IMG/VR virus record: IMGVR_UViG_2065487013_000003
Span: 3,047-67,046 of that record
Strand: one strand, 5' to 3'
DNA from: a virus
Length of the DNA: 64,000 bases
Part shown: positions 43,016-52,737 of the stretch, in pieces
How positions within the stretch are numbered: position 1 is the stretch's first letter
Layout: every line of letters starts with the position of its first letter
Made by a program: the position numbers and the translations under genes
The notes under the pieces: generated by a model
Database searches by the model: none
Seen by the model: the letters and a program-made list of their open reading frames with translations, nothing else
Told to the model about the DNA's origin: nothing

Positions 43016-43531
43016 ATGGCACTCACCGACAAGCAAGAAATGTTCTGTCGCGAGTACCTCATCGATTTAAACGCCACGCAAGCGGCTATTCGGGCGGGGT
43101 ACAGCGGTAGGACAGCTAACCGCACCGCGTCCGAAAACCTGTCAAAACCTGACATCCAGTCCAGAATTGCCGAACTTAAAGCGCAACGCAATGATCTGGT
43201 TGGCATAAATGCGACATACGTCCTGAATCGTCTCGTTGAGATAGACCAGATGGACGTGCTCGACATCCTGACATCGACCGGTGAGCTTAAGCCGGTGTCA
43301 CAATGGCCGAAGGTCTGGAGGACGACATTGTCCGGGCTGGATGTCGTCGAGATATCAGCCGAGGGGAACACAGCCGCGCTTCTTAAAAAGATTAAGTGGC
43401 CTGATAAGGTGAAGAACCTTGAGCTGATTGGTAAGCACATCGACGTCCAGGCATTCCGTGAGCAGGTGAAAACTGAACACGTTGTCGATTCAATTTCAGA
43501 CCTGATGGATTCTCTGTCTCAGGGGGCGTAA
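43016..43531 (+). CDS. terS: Terminase small subunit
   Basis: LTDKQEMFCREYLIDLNATQAAIRAGYS. Confidence 0.93.
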   Translation: MALTDKQEMFCREYLIDLNATQAAIRAGYSGRTANRTASENLSKPDIQSRIAELKAQRNDLVGINATYVLNRLVEIDQMDVLDILTSTGELKPVSQWPKVWRTTLSGLDVVEISAEGNTAALLKKIKWPDKVKNLELIGKHIDVQAFREQVKTEHVVDSISDLMDSLSQGA

Positions 43532-45003
43532 TGAAACCTGAGCACATCAAGTTGCTGGCCGACAAAGACTGGCGGCTGAACAACCTTTACTGGATCACCG
43601 ACAAAGAGGGAAAGCCTACGCGGTTCAGGATGACACCTGAGCAGCGGGAATACTTCGAGGGGATCCACACCCGCAACATCATTCTGAAAGCTCGCCAGCT
43701 CGGGTTCACCACAGAGGTGTGCATCATCCAGCTCGACGCGGCCCTGTTTGAGTCGGCGAAGTGCGCGCTGATTGCCCACACGCTGAATGACGCAAAGCGC
43801 CTGTTCCGAGAAAAGGTGAAGTACGCGTACGACAAGTTGCCGGCAGAGATAAAGGCGGCCAACCCGGCCAGCAACGACTCTTCCGGTGAGCTTGTCTTTA
43901 AGAAAGGCGGATCGCTATACGTCAGTACGTCGTTTCGTGGCGGTACGCTGCGTTACCTGCACGTTTCTGAGTTCGGGAAGATATGCGCTAAGTATCCTGA
44001 CAAAGCTCGTGAGATCGTCACTGGTGCGTTTGAGGCGGTATCGACCGGGTGCTTCGCTACTATCGAGAGCACGGCAGAGGGCCGGGCGGGTTACTTCTTC
44101 GATTACTGCCAAACAGCAGAGAAAGCATTGCTGCAGGGTAAGCCTTTGTCCGCGCTGGACTGGAAGTTTTTTTTCTTCTCCTGGTGGAAGAATCCGCAGT
44201 ACGCCATCGACCCGGTGGAATCGTTGCCGGTGCGCCTGCTTGAGTACTTCGCTGAAATGGAGGCGAAGCACGGCGTAGTAGTCAATGAGCGCCAGAAAGC
44301 CTGGTACTACGCCAAAGAGAAAACGCTCGGCGATGACATGAAGCGCGAATACCCGACCATTCCGGCCGAGGCGTTCCAGCAGTCGGTCGAGGGCGCGTAC
44401 TACGCCAAACAGTTCCGCTGGCTCTACGCCAATAAGCGGATCGGCCAAATCCCTGATAACTCGCACCTCCCTGTACACACGTTCTGGGATATCGGTGTGG
44501 GTGACTCCACGGCGATCTGGTTCGTTCGCGAGGTCGGCGAAGAGTTCCACATCATCGACTACTACGAAAACTCCGGCGAGGGGCTGAGGCACTACATGAA
44601 GGTGCTAAAAGACCGCGGCTATGAGTACGGCGAGCACTGGGGCCCACACGACATCGAGAACCGCGAATTCGGCGCTGATGCCAAATCGCGCAAAGAGCTC
44701 GCGCAGGAAGGCTATGAAATCGACGGCCAGGTTTACTCGATGACGTTCAATGTTGTTCCGAAAACGGGTGTCGATACCGGCATTGAGTCGGTGCGTGAAA
44801 TTCTCCCGTCATGCGTCTTCGATGAGGAGAAATGTGCCGAGGGCATATCTCACCTCGAAGGCTACCGCAAGGAGTGGGACGACAAGCGCGGGTGCTGGAA
44901 AGACAAACCGCTTCATGACTTCACATCACACGGTGCTGACGGCTTCCGTTACTTTGCAGTAGCGAAGAACAACCACAAGCAAGTCGGCGCAGTATTCTTC
45001 TAA
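43531..45003 (+). CDS. terL: Terminase large subunit
   Basis: ILKARQLGFTT, LHVSE, IESTAEG, FWDIG, SHGADGFRY. Confidence 0.95.
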   Translation: MKPEHIKLLADKDWRLNNLYWITDKEGKPTRFRMTPEQREYFEGIHTRNIILKARQLGFTTEVCIIQLDAALFESAKCALIAHTLNDAKRLFREKVKYAYDKLPAEIKAANPASNDSSGELVFKKGGSLYVSTSFRGGTLRYLHVSEFGKICAKYPDKAREIVTGAFEAVSTGCFATIESTAEGRAGYFFDYCQTAEKALLQGKPLSALDWKFFFFSWWKNPQYAIDPVESLPVRLLEYFAEMEAKHGVVVNERQKAWYYAKEKTLGDDMKREYPTIPAEAFQQSVEGAYYAKQFRWLYANKRIGQIPDNSHLPVHTFWDIGVGDSTAIWFVREVGEEFHIIDYYENSGEGLRHYMKVLKDRGYEYGEHWGPHDIENREFGADAKSRKELAQEGYEIDGQVYSMTFNVVPKTGVDTGIESVREILPSCVFDEEKCAEGISHLEGYRKEWDDKRGCWKDKPLHDFTSHGADGFRYFAVAKNNHKQVGAVFF

Positions 45004-45014
45004 GGAGCTCATCA

Positions 45015-46475
45015 GTGAGTGAACAACAAAGCGAGGTTTCATTCCTCGTTAATGCCCTTGCTGATGCTATCGGGCGGCAGCGCATGCTGTACGCGGGCCA
45101 GCCGGGAAACACCAAACGCACAAAGTTGTGGGATGAGTTCGGCTATCCAAACAGTCTCGAGTTCGACCGCTACTATCGGGCCTACGAGCGCAACGCGGTG
45201 GCGTTTGCCGCAGTCCATAAGCTTCTTGATTCGTGCTGGGTTGATAACCCGACGATCATCGACGGCGACGACGGTAAGGAGTCAACCGAGACAACGGACT
45301 GGGAAAAGTCAGCCACTAAGCTGCTGAAGAAGCATTGGCCGAAAATTAAGGACGCGGATCGCCGCAATCTCGTTGGCCGATACTCGGCATTGCTCATTCA
45401 GTTCCGCGACGGGAGGGAATGGCACGAGCCAGTCGATCGCGCGAAGGTTAAATCCCTACGGAATATCGGTAACGGACCCATTGTTAAGCTGATCCCCGCG
45501 TGGGAATCGCAGATCAAGCCAGGCAACTTCGATACCGACACGCTTTCAGAAACGTACGGCCAGCCAGTTTCGTACAACTTCAACGAGCAGCCCGTAGGTG
45601 ATGATGGCACGTACGGCCCGGTGCGCGGCGTTACCGTACACCCCGAGCGAATCATCATCCTTTGCGAAGGCTCAGAAGACGAGAACATGCTCTCTGGCGT
45701 GCCATTCCTGCGCGCGGGCTACAACAAACTGCTCGACCTTGAAAAGGTATCTGGCGGTAGTGCCGAGGGGTTCCTGAAGAATGCCAGTCGCCAGCTCGGG
45801 ATTGCGTTCGACAAAGAAACCAACATTGCGAACCTGTCAAAGCAAGCCACAGAATCTGGCTACAAAGACCTGGGCGAGGCGCTTAACGACAAAGTCGCCA
45901 AGATGAACCGTGGCACGGATGCGGCCCTGGTTATGCAGGCGGGCACGCCGTCTGTTCTCTCCGTTGCGGCGGCAGACCCATCCCCGACTTGGACAGTGGC
46001 CGCCAACGAGTTTGCATCTTCTATTCAATGCCCGTTCACGATACTGTTTGGTCAGCAGACGGGGCGCCTTGCCTCCGATGAGGACAAAACAGACTGGGCG
46101 AAGCGCTGTAACGGCCGCCGCTGGGGATTCCAGTCGACGATTGTAGAGAGCGTCCTTGAGCGCTTCTGGACAGTAGGCGTAATTGACCCGCCATCATCCG
46201 GAGAGGTAACGCTGGCATGGTCTGATCTGCTCGCGCCGAGCGAAAAAGAGAAGATTGCCAACATGCAGGCAATGGCCGTCGTGGCGAAAGATACCCAGCA
46301 GGCATACGGCACACCGGCAGTGGATGAAAACGAAATCCGCGCAGTCGGTGAGCTGGAGCCTCGCAAGGTCGTGCCGCCACCTAACCCTGATGTAAAGCAA
46401 ACCGACAAGGATCCGCTGACAGATGATGATGACAGCGCAAACCAGAATCGGGACGCCAATCGTACCGCGCAATAA
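45015..46475 (+). CDS. Portal protein (DUF1073 family)
   Basis: Follows terL; VHPERII, LRAGYNKLLDLEKVSGG, LFGQQTGRLASDED. Confidence 0.88.
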   Translation: MSEQQSEVSFLVNALADAIGRQRMLYAGQPGNTKRTKLWDEFGYPNSLEFDRYYRAYERNAVAFAAVHKLLDSCWVDNPTIIDGDDGKESTETTDWEKSATKLLKKHWPKIKDADRRNLVGRYSALLIQFRDGREWHEPVDRAKVKSLRNIGNGPIVKLIPAWESQIKPGNFDTDTLSETYGQPVSYNFNEQPVGDDGTYGPVRGVTVHPERIIILCEGSEDENMLSGVPFLRAGYNKLLDLEKVSGGSAEGFLKNASRQLGIAFDKETNIANLSKQATESGYKDLGEALNDKVAKMNRGTDAALVMQAGTPSVLSVAAADPSPTWTVAANEFASSIQCPFTILFGQQTGRLASDEDKTDWAKRCNGRRWGFQSTIVESVLERFWTVGVIDPPSSGEVTLAWSDLLAPSEKEKIANMQAMAVVAKDTQQAYGTPAVDENEIRAVGELEPRKVVPPPNPDVKQTDKDPLTDDDDSANQNRDANRTAQ

Positions 46476-47406
46476 ATCTGACCCTACGCAGTCCTCGCGG
46501 CAGGTCAGCCGGATGTTCAGCGATATCGAAGGCCGGTATCTGAACATTAAGCGCAGGCTAAAGGCACTCTTTGACCAAAGGCTGACAGGACAGCAGCGAG
46601 AGGCGAACGCGCAACGGTCATGGATGGTGTGCAACAACGAAGGTGCAGAACCTTCGCTGTATCAGGTCAATGCCGGTAAGTTCGTCTATGACATGACCGC
46701 CGCTGAGTTGGCCGACCTGCTGCAGGTAGTTCAGTCGATTCTGGATGACGAGCTTCTCGATGGTGGCAGCCAGAACCTCTGGGCTCTGGACTACGTCATT
46801 GCGGAGTATGACCGCGGCACGCTAAACGCTTTCACCAACCTGTCGGTTCAATCGCAGGTGTACGCCACCCAGACGACGCTACAGCAGCTTTTAAGCAGCC
46901 CGGGATACCTGAACCAGATAGCGGCTGCCAGGCTGACAACGTTTAGTGACTGGAAGGTCATCAGCGATACAGCCCGCGGGGACCTGACCAACATCATCAC
47001 CGATGCGGTAGCGCGCGGGGTGAATCCTCGCGAGACGGCTAGCGTCATCAGCAAGCGTCTCGATGTAAGCATGTCAAAGGCAAAGACGATAGCTCAGACC
47101 GAGCAGGTCGGCGCGCTGCGGCAGGCACAATGGAACGAAACGGACTGGGCCGCCGACAGGCTGGGGCTGAATACCGGTCTGCTGTGGCTGTCAGCGCTCA
47201 AGCCTACTACGCGCACTTGGCACGCCAGCCGTCACGGCAAGGTCTACACCACCGAAGAGGTGCGCGACTTCTACGCCGAGAACGGCAACCGGTACAACTG
47301 CTACTGCAGCCAGATACCGGTGCTGCTCAACGACGACGGCAGCATCTTCAATGAAGGGCTGACTGAGAAGCTGGCGAAAGAGAGAAAGGCCTGGGCGTCA
47401 GGTTGA
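46426..47406 (+). CDS. Head morphogenesis protein (gp7 / Mu F family)
   Basis: IAQTE, WLSALKPTTRTWHASRHG, NCYCS. Confidence 0.87.
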   Translation: MMTAQTRIGTPIVPRNKSDPTQSSRQVSRMFSDIEGRYLNIKRRLKALFDQRLTGQQREANAQRSWMVCNNEGAEPSLYQVNAGKFVYDMTAAELADLLQVVQSILDDELLDGGSQNLWALDYVIAEYDRGTLNAFTNLSVQSQVYATQTTLQQLLSSPGYLNQIAAARLTTFSDWKVISDTARGDLTNIITDAVARGVNPRETASVISKRLDVSMSKAKTIAQTEQVGALRQAQWNETDWAADRLGLNTGLLWLSALKPTTRTWHASRHGKVYTTEEVRDFYAENGNRYNCYCSQIPVLLNDDGSIFNEGLTEKLAKERKAWASG

Positions 47407-47410
47407 TTCA

Positions 47411-47599
47411 TCAACCAAATTCAACGACCTCATTAACTACAACCGTTAAATCATCGAATGTAGGCTTGGCGAATTGTAAGGCATGGTTCATGCAAAAAAG
47501 CATTGCGTCCTCACCCTTTGGATCGAGATATCCATTGTAATCAACGAAGATATCGTAGGATTGCCGGTTGATTGTGTAGTTAATTTTATACTTTTTCAT
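47411..47599 (-). CDS. Antisense AT-rich 62-aa moron
   Basis: TAAGG RBS; low GC; opposite strand to the head operon. Confidence 0.6.
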   Translation of the reverse strand: MKKYKINYTINRQSYDIFVDYNGYLDPKGEDAMLFCMNHALQFAKPTFDDLTVVVNEVVEFG

Positions 47600-47664
47600 T
47601 TTCTAATCGCCTTATTTACCTTCGAAGCATTTGAAATTTCAACATAGCATGAAGAGGACCCAGC

Positions 47665-49059
47665 ATGAAACGCAACCGCGTTAACGTGCTGACCGTCGTC
47701 AACTCCGCTTCAAACATCACCACTGAAACCATCGACGGCAAGCCACATATCGTGGTTCGCGGCATCACGCCTGTCGTGGACGATATCGTGATGAACCGGA
47801 AGTTGTACCCGGCAGCAGAAATCGAAAAGGCCTACAACACGCTTGAGCGTAACCCGATGCCGCTGGGCCACCCGAAAGTGGACGGCAAGCATGTTTCGGC
47901 GCGCGATGTCCGGGCGGTGAACGAGTACCACGTCGGGGCCTGGCTGCAGAACGTCAGTCACAATGACGGGAAGGTGACGGGCGACATGTACGTTAACCGC
48001 CAGTACGCCGAGTCGAGCGACAAGGGCAAACGCCTCATCAACCGCCTGGATGAAATGCTGGCTGGCACAAACTCCGACCCGATCCACATTTCCACCGGCC
48101 TGCTGTATTCCGGTATCGCCGCCAACGGCGAGTCGAAGGGCAAGAAGTACAACGAGATCGCCACCAACATGATGTTTGACCATGTGGCGGTGCTGCTTGA
48201 TGAGCCTGGCGCCGGTACGCCGGAAGAGGGCGTGGGCATTTTCGTTAACTCTGAAGGCGATGAGCAACAGATTGAAGTTGCCCGCCTTGCTGATGGTATC
48301 GATTGCACCCGCGACGGCCTGCTCAACAAGACCAAATTCTTCTTCACCAACGCCTCCAACTTCTCTTTCGATGACATCTCCCGAGCTATCAGCGACAAGC
48401 TGCGCGAGGGGGACGCCGAAGATAAGTGGCTTTGGCCTGAAACGGTGTGGCCGGACAGCTTCATCTACCGCAATGACACCAAATACCTGAAACAGAAGTA
48501 TCTCATCGATGATGACGGCAAGGCCGTGTTCGTCGGCGAACCTGTAGAAGTCGTGCGCAAACCCACTGAGTACGAGATTAAAACCAACGGAGAGAACGAT
48601 CCGATGAAAGAACTGATTATCAATGCGCTGCAAGCCGCTGGTAAGCCGACTGAAGGCAAGTCCGACGCCGAGCTGATGGACGCATACAACCAGATGGCCG
48701 CCGAAAAGGCAGCGAAAACAGAAACGCCTGAAGAAAAGGCCGCCCGCGAGAAGAAAGAAGCGGACGACAAGAAGTCGAAAGAGCAGGCCAACAACAACGA
48801 AGAAATGCCCGGCTGGGCTAAGTTGCTGAGTGAGCAAGTTACCGCCATTAACAGCCAGCTCAATGCCAACTCTGACAAAGAGAAAGGCGAAAAGCGTGCT
48901 GCAGTCAAAGCCAAGTTTCTGCTCGACGACATCGCTGTTAACGCACTCGATGGCGCTGCACTCGATGGTCTTTATGCGCAGTGCCAGACCTCTGTCGGCC
49001 TGAATGGTGCATTCCGCCAGGTCAATTCCTCTCAATCAGTCAGCGAAATGCCGGAGTAA
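47665..49059 (+). CDS. DUF2213-like head protein (protease / scaffold)
   Basis: PMPLGHP, ISTGL, FDHVAVLLDEPGAG; C-terminal scaffold-like coil. Confidence 0.82.
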   Translation: MKRNRVNVLTVVNSASNITTETIDGKPHIVVRGITPVVDDIVMNRKLYPAAEIEKAYNTLERNPMPLGHPKVDGKHVSARDVRAVNEYHVGAWLQNVSHNDGKVTGDMYVNRQYAESSDKGKRLINRLDEMLAGTNSDPIHISTGLLYSGIAANGESKGKKYNEIATNMMFDHVAVLLDEPGAGTPEEGVGIFVNSEGDEQQIEVARLADGIDCTRDGLLNKTKFFFTNASNFSFDDISRAISDKLREGDAEDKWLWPETVWPDSFIYRNDTKYLKQKYLIDDDGKAVFVGEPVEVVRKPTEYEIKTNGENDPMKELIINALQAAGKPTEGKSDAELMDAYNQMAAEKAAKTETPEEKAAREKKEADDKKSKEQANNNEEMPGWAKLLSEQVTAINSQLNANSDKEKGEKRAAVKAKFLLDDIAVNALDGAALDGLYAQCQTSVGLNGAFRQVNSSQSVSEMPE

Positions 49060-49062
49060 AAA

Positions 49063-49497
49063 ATGGCTAAAGATGGAAAGCATATCATTCACGCTGGTGG
49101 CGTGTTCCCTAATCCGCTGCTTAACCGTGAAGGCGCAGCTGCGGCATCCACTCAACCAGGCACAATTGGCTTCTTCAGCTCGGCGGATAAGTTTACCGCT
49201 TCGGTAGCAGGTAATGAGGCTGCAATCCTTTATGTTGCAAACAAAGATTACCTGCGCTGCTTGTCAGTTGATGACGCTATCCCTGCGGGTGAGTTGGTGG
49301 TGGGTATTCAACCGCTGCCTGGCATGTTCTTAAACGTACGTGCGGCCGCTGGAACCTACACCAAGGGGCAAGCCCTATCTATTGCAAACGGCCGAGTCAA
49401 AGTGGCTGCTGGCGACGAGTCAGTGCGCTGCTACGTCGAGGAAGACAAATCATACACAACGGCAGCAGGCGATCTGCTTCGTGTCGTAATCAAGTAA
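49063..49497 (+). CDS. Head decoration / capsid cement protein
   Basis: Beta-rich 144 aa between DUF2213 and the capsid gene. Confidence 0.7.
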   Translation: MAKDGKHIIHAGGVFPNPLLNREGAAAASTQPGTIGFFSSADKFTASVAGNEAAILYVANKDYLRCLSVDDAIPAGELVVGIQPLPGMFLNVRAAAGTYTKGQALSIANGRVKVAAGDESVRCYVEEDKSYTTAAGDLLRVVIK

Positions 49498-49506
49498 GGG
49501 GCAGAT

Positions 49507-50604
49507 ATGTTTGTATTCTCCAAGTCTATCGGTGAAAAGACCGGTAACCTCGCGGTTAACCAGGCGCAATGGCGCGCCCTTGAAGTTGAGCGAAACGCCA
49601 GCGCACAGGCTGCGGCTGATTTTCTGGCGCGCACTCAGTTCCGTGGCGATGCAGAAAATGCTCCTTATCTCGACGCGGTGAATGCAGTTGACGATATCCG
49701 TCGCCTGTATCGCGCTTTCGACACAACTGTGCTTCAGCAGTTCGAGCCGAATACCGAGTTCACTCTGTTGAACGATTTGATGCCGCTTTCTCGCTCCGTG
49801 CGCATCGAGCAGTCTCGTTACGATTATGCTCGTACCGGCGGTCGCGGCTGGGCTCATACGTCCATGTCCGGTCAGGTCGGTGCGGCGCTGGATGCTCGCA
49901 GCTATTCCTTCGATGGCACTATGGTGCCTATCCACGACTCGGGCTTTAAGTTCGAATGGCGTGATCCAATCTTCAATAGCCCGCAGGCATTGCAGTCGCA
50001 GTCAGATGCGCAGCGTGGATCCGTTGAAGACGTTCAGCGTCGTTACGTTGACTACATTTTCAACGGCTTCCGCGATAAGGCTGGCAACTTCGCAGTCTTC
50101 GATGGCCTTACCTGGAAAGGATTGCGTGACGATGAGCGTGTAGCACAGATCGACCTTGGGGCTTCCGGCCTCAACATCGATTTCACCTCTGGCACAGCAA
50201 CGTCAGAGGCTATCCGCGCTGGCGCAATCGCGCTGCGTGATCAGATGCGTCGCGTGAACAACCAGTATGCAGAGCAGACCTGGTACGTATCCGGTGAAAT
50301 CATCTCCAACCTGGAGCGTTATTTCTCCGACAACTTCCAGTCAGGCACGATCATGGAGGAAATCCTTAAACTGACCGGTGTTGCGGCGATTAAAGAAGAC
50401 AGCCAGCTGTCAGGTAACGAAATCGTCATCGTTCCGCTGTCTGCTGGAGTCATTGCTCCAATCGTCGGACAGGCTATCGGTACCGTTGCATCTCCGCGCC
50501 CGGAGTACAACAGCGACTACATCTGGCGCACCTGGGGTGCAATGGGGTTGATGGTCAAGCAGGACATCAACAACAAATACTCCGTTATTCACGCATCAAG
50601 CTAA
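49507..50604 (+). CDS. Major capsid protein
   Basis: 365 aa; position; high-expression codon usage. Confidence 0.85.
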   Translation: MFVFSKSIGEKTGNLAVNQAQWRALEVERNASAQAAADFLARTQFRGDAENAPYLDAVNAVDDIRRLYRAFDTTVLQQFEPNTEFTLLNDLMPLSRSVRIEQSRYDYARTGGRGWAHTSMSGQVGAALDARSYSFDGTMVPIHDSGFKFEWRDPIFNSPQALQSQSDAQRGSVEDVQRRYVDYIFNGFRDKAGNFAVFDGLTWKGLRDDERVAQIDLGASGLNIDFTSGTATSEAIRAGAIALRDQMRRVNNQYAEQTWYVSGEIISNLERYFSDNFQSGTIMEEILKLTGVAAIKEDSQLSGNEIVIVPLSAGVIAPIVGQAIGTVASPRPEYNSDYIWRTWGAMGLMVKQDINNKYSVIHASS

Positions 50605-50613
50605 GGATAAATC

Positions 50614-50979
50614 ATGGCACTGGTAGAAATCGTGGCAAGTAATCTGCACGCCGGTGCCAATCTCCGCAAACTGGAGGTTGGTTCGGTGGTGGATGTGGAC
50701 GATGTAACAGCTGAACGCTGGATCAGCACTGGCAAGGCGAAGGATACCGACAAGAAGAAAGGCGAAAAGCTTTCCTTCGAAGTGGCTACACCGTCCGCGC
50801 CGACGGCAGAGCTGTCTGCCCTGCAAAAGCAACTAGCCGACGCGCTGGAGCAGAACCAAAAGCTAATCGCCGATGGTGAAGCAAAAGACAAGGCTCACGC
50901 CGACGCGCTGGCAGCAGAAACAAAGCGCGCCGACGATGCCGAAGCCGCACTGGCAGAAGCTATCAAGAAGGCGAAATAA
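50614..50979 (+). CDS. Hypothetical head-associated coiled-coil protein
   Basis: AAGGA RBS; follows the capsid gene. Confidence 0.65.
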   Translation: MALVEIVASNLHAGANLRKLEVGSVVDVDDVTAERWISTGKAKDTDKKKGEKLSFEVATPSAPTAELSALQKQLADALEQNQKLIADGEAKDKAHADALAAETKRADDAEAALAEAIKKAK

Positions 50980-50981
50980 CC

Positions 50982-51362
50982 ATGGCTGACCCAATCACAG
51001 CGGCAGACGTGCAGGCGTTCCTCGGTGAATTGGGTTACTCCATCCCGGGCGCGCTGCTGGAGCCGATCCTCTGCCTGGTGAACAAGATTATCCCGTGCCT
51101 CGATGGCGCAGGGTATGACGAGTGCACCGCGAAGCTGATTCTGATGTATGCCGCTGCGCTTATGGCTACGTCGTCCGGCGCGCGCCGCATAAAATCGCAG
51201 GGTGCGCCGTCTGGCGCGTCCCGTTCGTTTGAATATGGCGACGACAGCATTACATGGCTTCGCGACTCGCTGGCCCGTCTCGATACCAGCGGCTGCACCG
51301 GCGAGCTGCCGATCAGCGCCGGTAACAGCGTCGGTCTGTTCATGGTGGTCGGAGGCTGCTGA
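50982..51362 (+). CDS. Head-tail adaptor
   Basis: RIKSQGAPSGASRSFEY; position. Confidence 0.7.
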   Translation: MADPITAADVQAFLGELGYSIPGALLEPILCLVNKIIPCLDGAGYDECTAKLILMYAAALMATSSGARRIKSQGAPSGASRSFEYGDDSITWLRDSLARLDTSGCTGELPISAGNSVGLFMVVGGC

Positions 51363-51535
51363 TGACGTACAAATCAGTTAAGCACGGCCTGCCGCGTTCA
51401 TTCGTCCGCGTCTGGGTGATTACCGACACCGGGCGGGAGACTACCGGCTACGTGAAATCGGACGGTGAGTGGTTCATCAACTGCCCGCGCATCCGGGCGA
51501 CTGGCGCGAAGGTGCTGCGCTGGAAGGAGGGCTGA
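51362..51535 (+). CDS. Small hypothetical protein (57 aa)
   Basis: MTYKSVKHGLPRSFVRVWV...; TGATG-coupled on both sides. Confidence 0.55.
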   Translation: MTYKSVKHGLPRSFVRVWVITDTGRETTGYVKSDGEWFINCPRIRATGAKVLRWKEG

Positions 51536-51885
51536 TGTCATCGGTAGCGAACTGGTCATACACAGCCACGGCGACCATCTGGCGAAAGCTGGAAGGCAAT
51601 GACGAATACGGCGACCCGCTGGGCTATGCCGAGCCTGAGCAAATTCTCTGTGATTACGAGGGCGGGCTCAGTAAGAAGTTAGCCAGCCTGGGCGCCGAAA
51701 TCGTCGTGAAGAATACGGTCTGGACGGAGTTCGCTCTGGCGGCCGCTGGTGATTACCTGCTGATTGGCATATCGACCGAAGCTGACCCGGTTGTCGCTGG
51801 TGCCGACGAGGTGCGGCAGGTTATCCGCTACGCCGACACATTCGAGCGCCTGGCGGATGATTACGCCATCCTGACGGGAGTGTAG
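51535..51885 (+). CDS. Head closure / joining protein
   Basis: ATATIWRK...DEYGDP; position. Confidence 0.7.
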   Translation: MSSVANWSYTATATIWRKLEGNDEYGDPLGYAEPEQILCDYEGGLSKKLASLGAEIVVKNTVWTEFALAAAGDYLLIGISTEADPVVAGADEVRQVIRYADTFERLADDYAILTGV

Positions 51886-51887
51886 CA

Positions 51888-52295
51888 ATGGGTATCAAAG
51901 TGAAGGGTATCAGCCAGGCGAAAAGGAATCTTGATCGAATTGTTGGTGAAATTGAAGGGATAAAAGTCCTAAGAGCCATCAAATCAGCATTGCTCATCGT
52001 TGCGCCTGAGGCGGCGAGAATGACACCAGTTGGAAGCACATCAAACCTTATCAATTCACAGATACAGGAAGTAGAAGCCAGTGGCAACTTGGTCACAGGG
52101 CGCATTATCTACTCCGCAAATTACGCAATCTATGTGCATGAGGCGAAAGGGACCTTAAAGGGGCAGCCGCGACCTTTATCAAAAGGTGGAGGTAATTACT
52201 GGGATCCTGCTGGTGAGCCAAAATTCCTTGAGAAGGCTGGCGATAATACTCGTTCAGATGTTGACTCTGTCGTTAAGAAGGAACTTACGTTATGA
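51888..52295 (+). CDS. Neck protein (HK97 gp10-like)
   Basis: TPVG.TSNLINS...YSANYAIYVHE...PKFL. Confidence 0.78.
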   Translation: MGIKVKGISQAKRNLDRIVGEIEGIKVLRAIKSALLIVAPEAARMTPVGSTSNLINSQIQEVEASGNLVTGRIIYSANYAIYVHEAKGTLKGQPRPLSKGGGNYWDPAGEPKFLEKAGDNTRSDVDSVVKKELTL

Positions 52296-52675
52296 CACCC
52301 ATGATGCACGAGAGGGTGCGCAACATGTTCGGCGACGCCGGGCTAACTTCCGGCTTCACGGTGCAACAGCTGATGTACGACGACCCTGGAGACCTGTCGA
52401 AGGCGATCATGGTATTCAGGCCAAACGGCGGCTCGAATATCCGCACTGACCTTGGCTCTGAGTATCACGTCCTGGTTGATGTCGTCGGCGCGAAGGACAA
52501 GCGCAAAGACGCGCTCAATGCCGTGCAGCGCATCGTCGATTATGTCCAGGCCAACCCCATGGCTGACGAGTGCGTCGGCTACATCCAGAACATGGGCGCA
52601 ATCCCAGCGCCGGTGCTCACAGAAGAAGGGCGAATAGTCTTCCGACTCCAGTTCGCCTGCACTTACGGCGAATAG
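52292..52675 (+). CDS. Tail terminator-like protein
   Basis: Position before the tube; TEEGRIVFRLQF. Confidence 0.7.
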   Translation: MTPMMHERVRNMFGDAGLTSGFTVQQLMYDDPGDLSKAIMVFRPNGGSNIRTDLGSEYHVLVDVVGAKDKRKDALNAVQRIVDYVQANPMADECVGYIQNMGAIPAPVLTEEGRIVFRLQFACTYGE

Positions 52676-52690
52676 CCATCCCAACCAAAT

Positions 52691-52715
52691 AACCCGCTTC
52701 GGCGGGTTTTCTTTT
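52691..52715 (+). terminator. Terminator-like hairpin before the tail tube gene
   Basis: AACCCGC-TTCG-GCGGGTT followed by TTCTTTT. Confidence 0.75.
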
Positions 52716-52737
52716 ATACGTCAAAGAGGAGTTTCAC

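Noticed and set aside
42799-43440. 213-aa minus-strand ORF
   Set aside because: Its N-terminal two-thirds is antisense to terS; only the last 62 codons have an RBS and distinct composition.
45015-46475. DUF1073 protein as an anti-CBASS Acb1
   Set aside because: Size and position after terL identify it as the portal; I saw no 2H-phosphoesterase signature.
47710-49035. 441-aa antisense ORF (similar long ones at 54073-55017, 38318-39208, 59800-60573, 34825-35547)
   Set aside because: Shadow frames of well-supported sense genes; no RBS or recognisable motifs.
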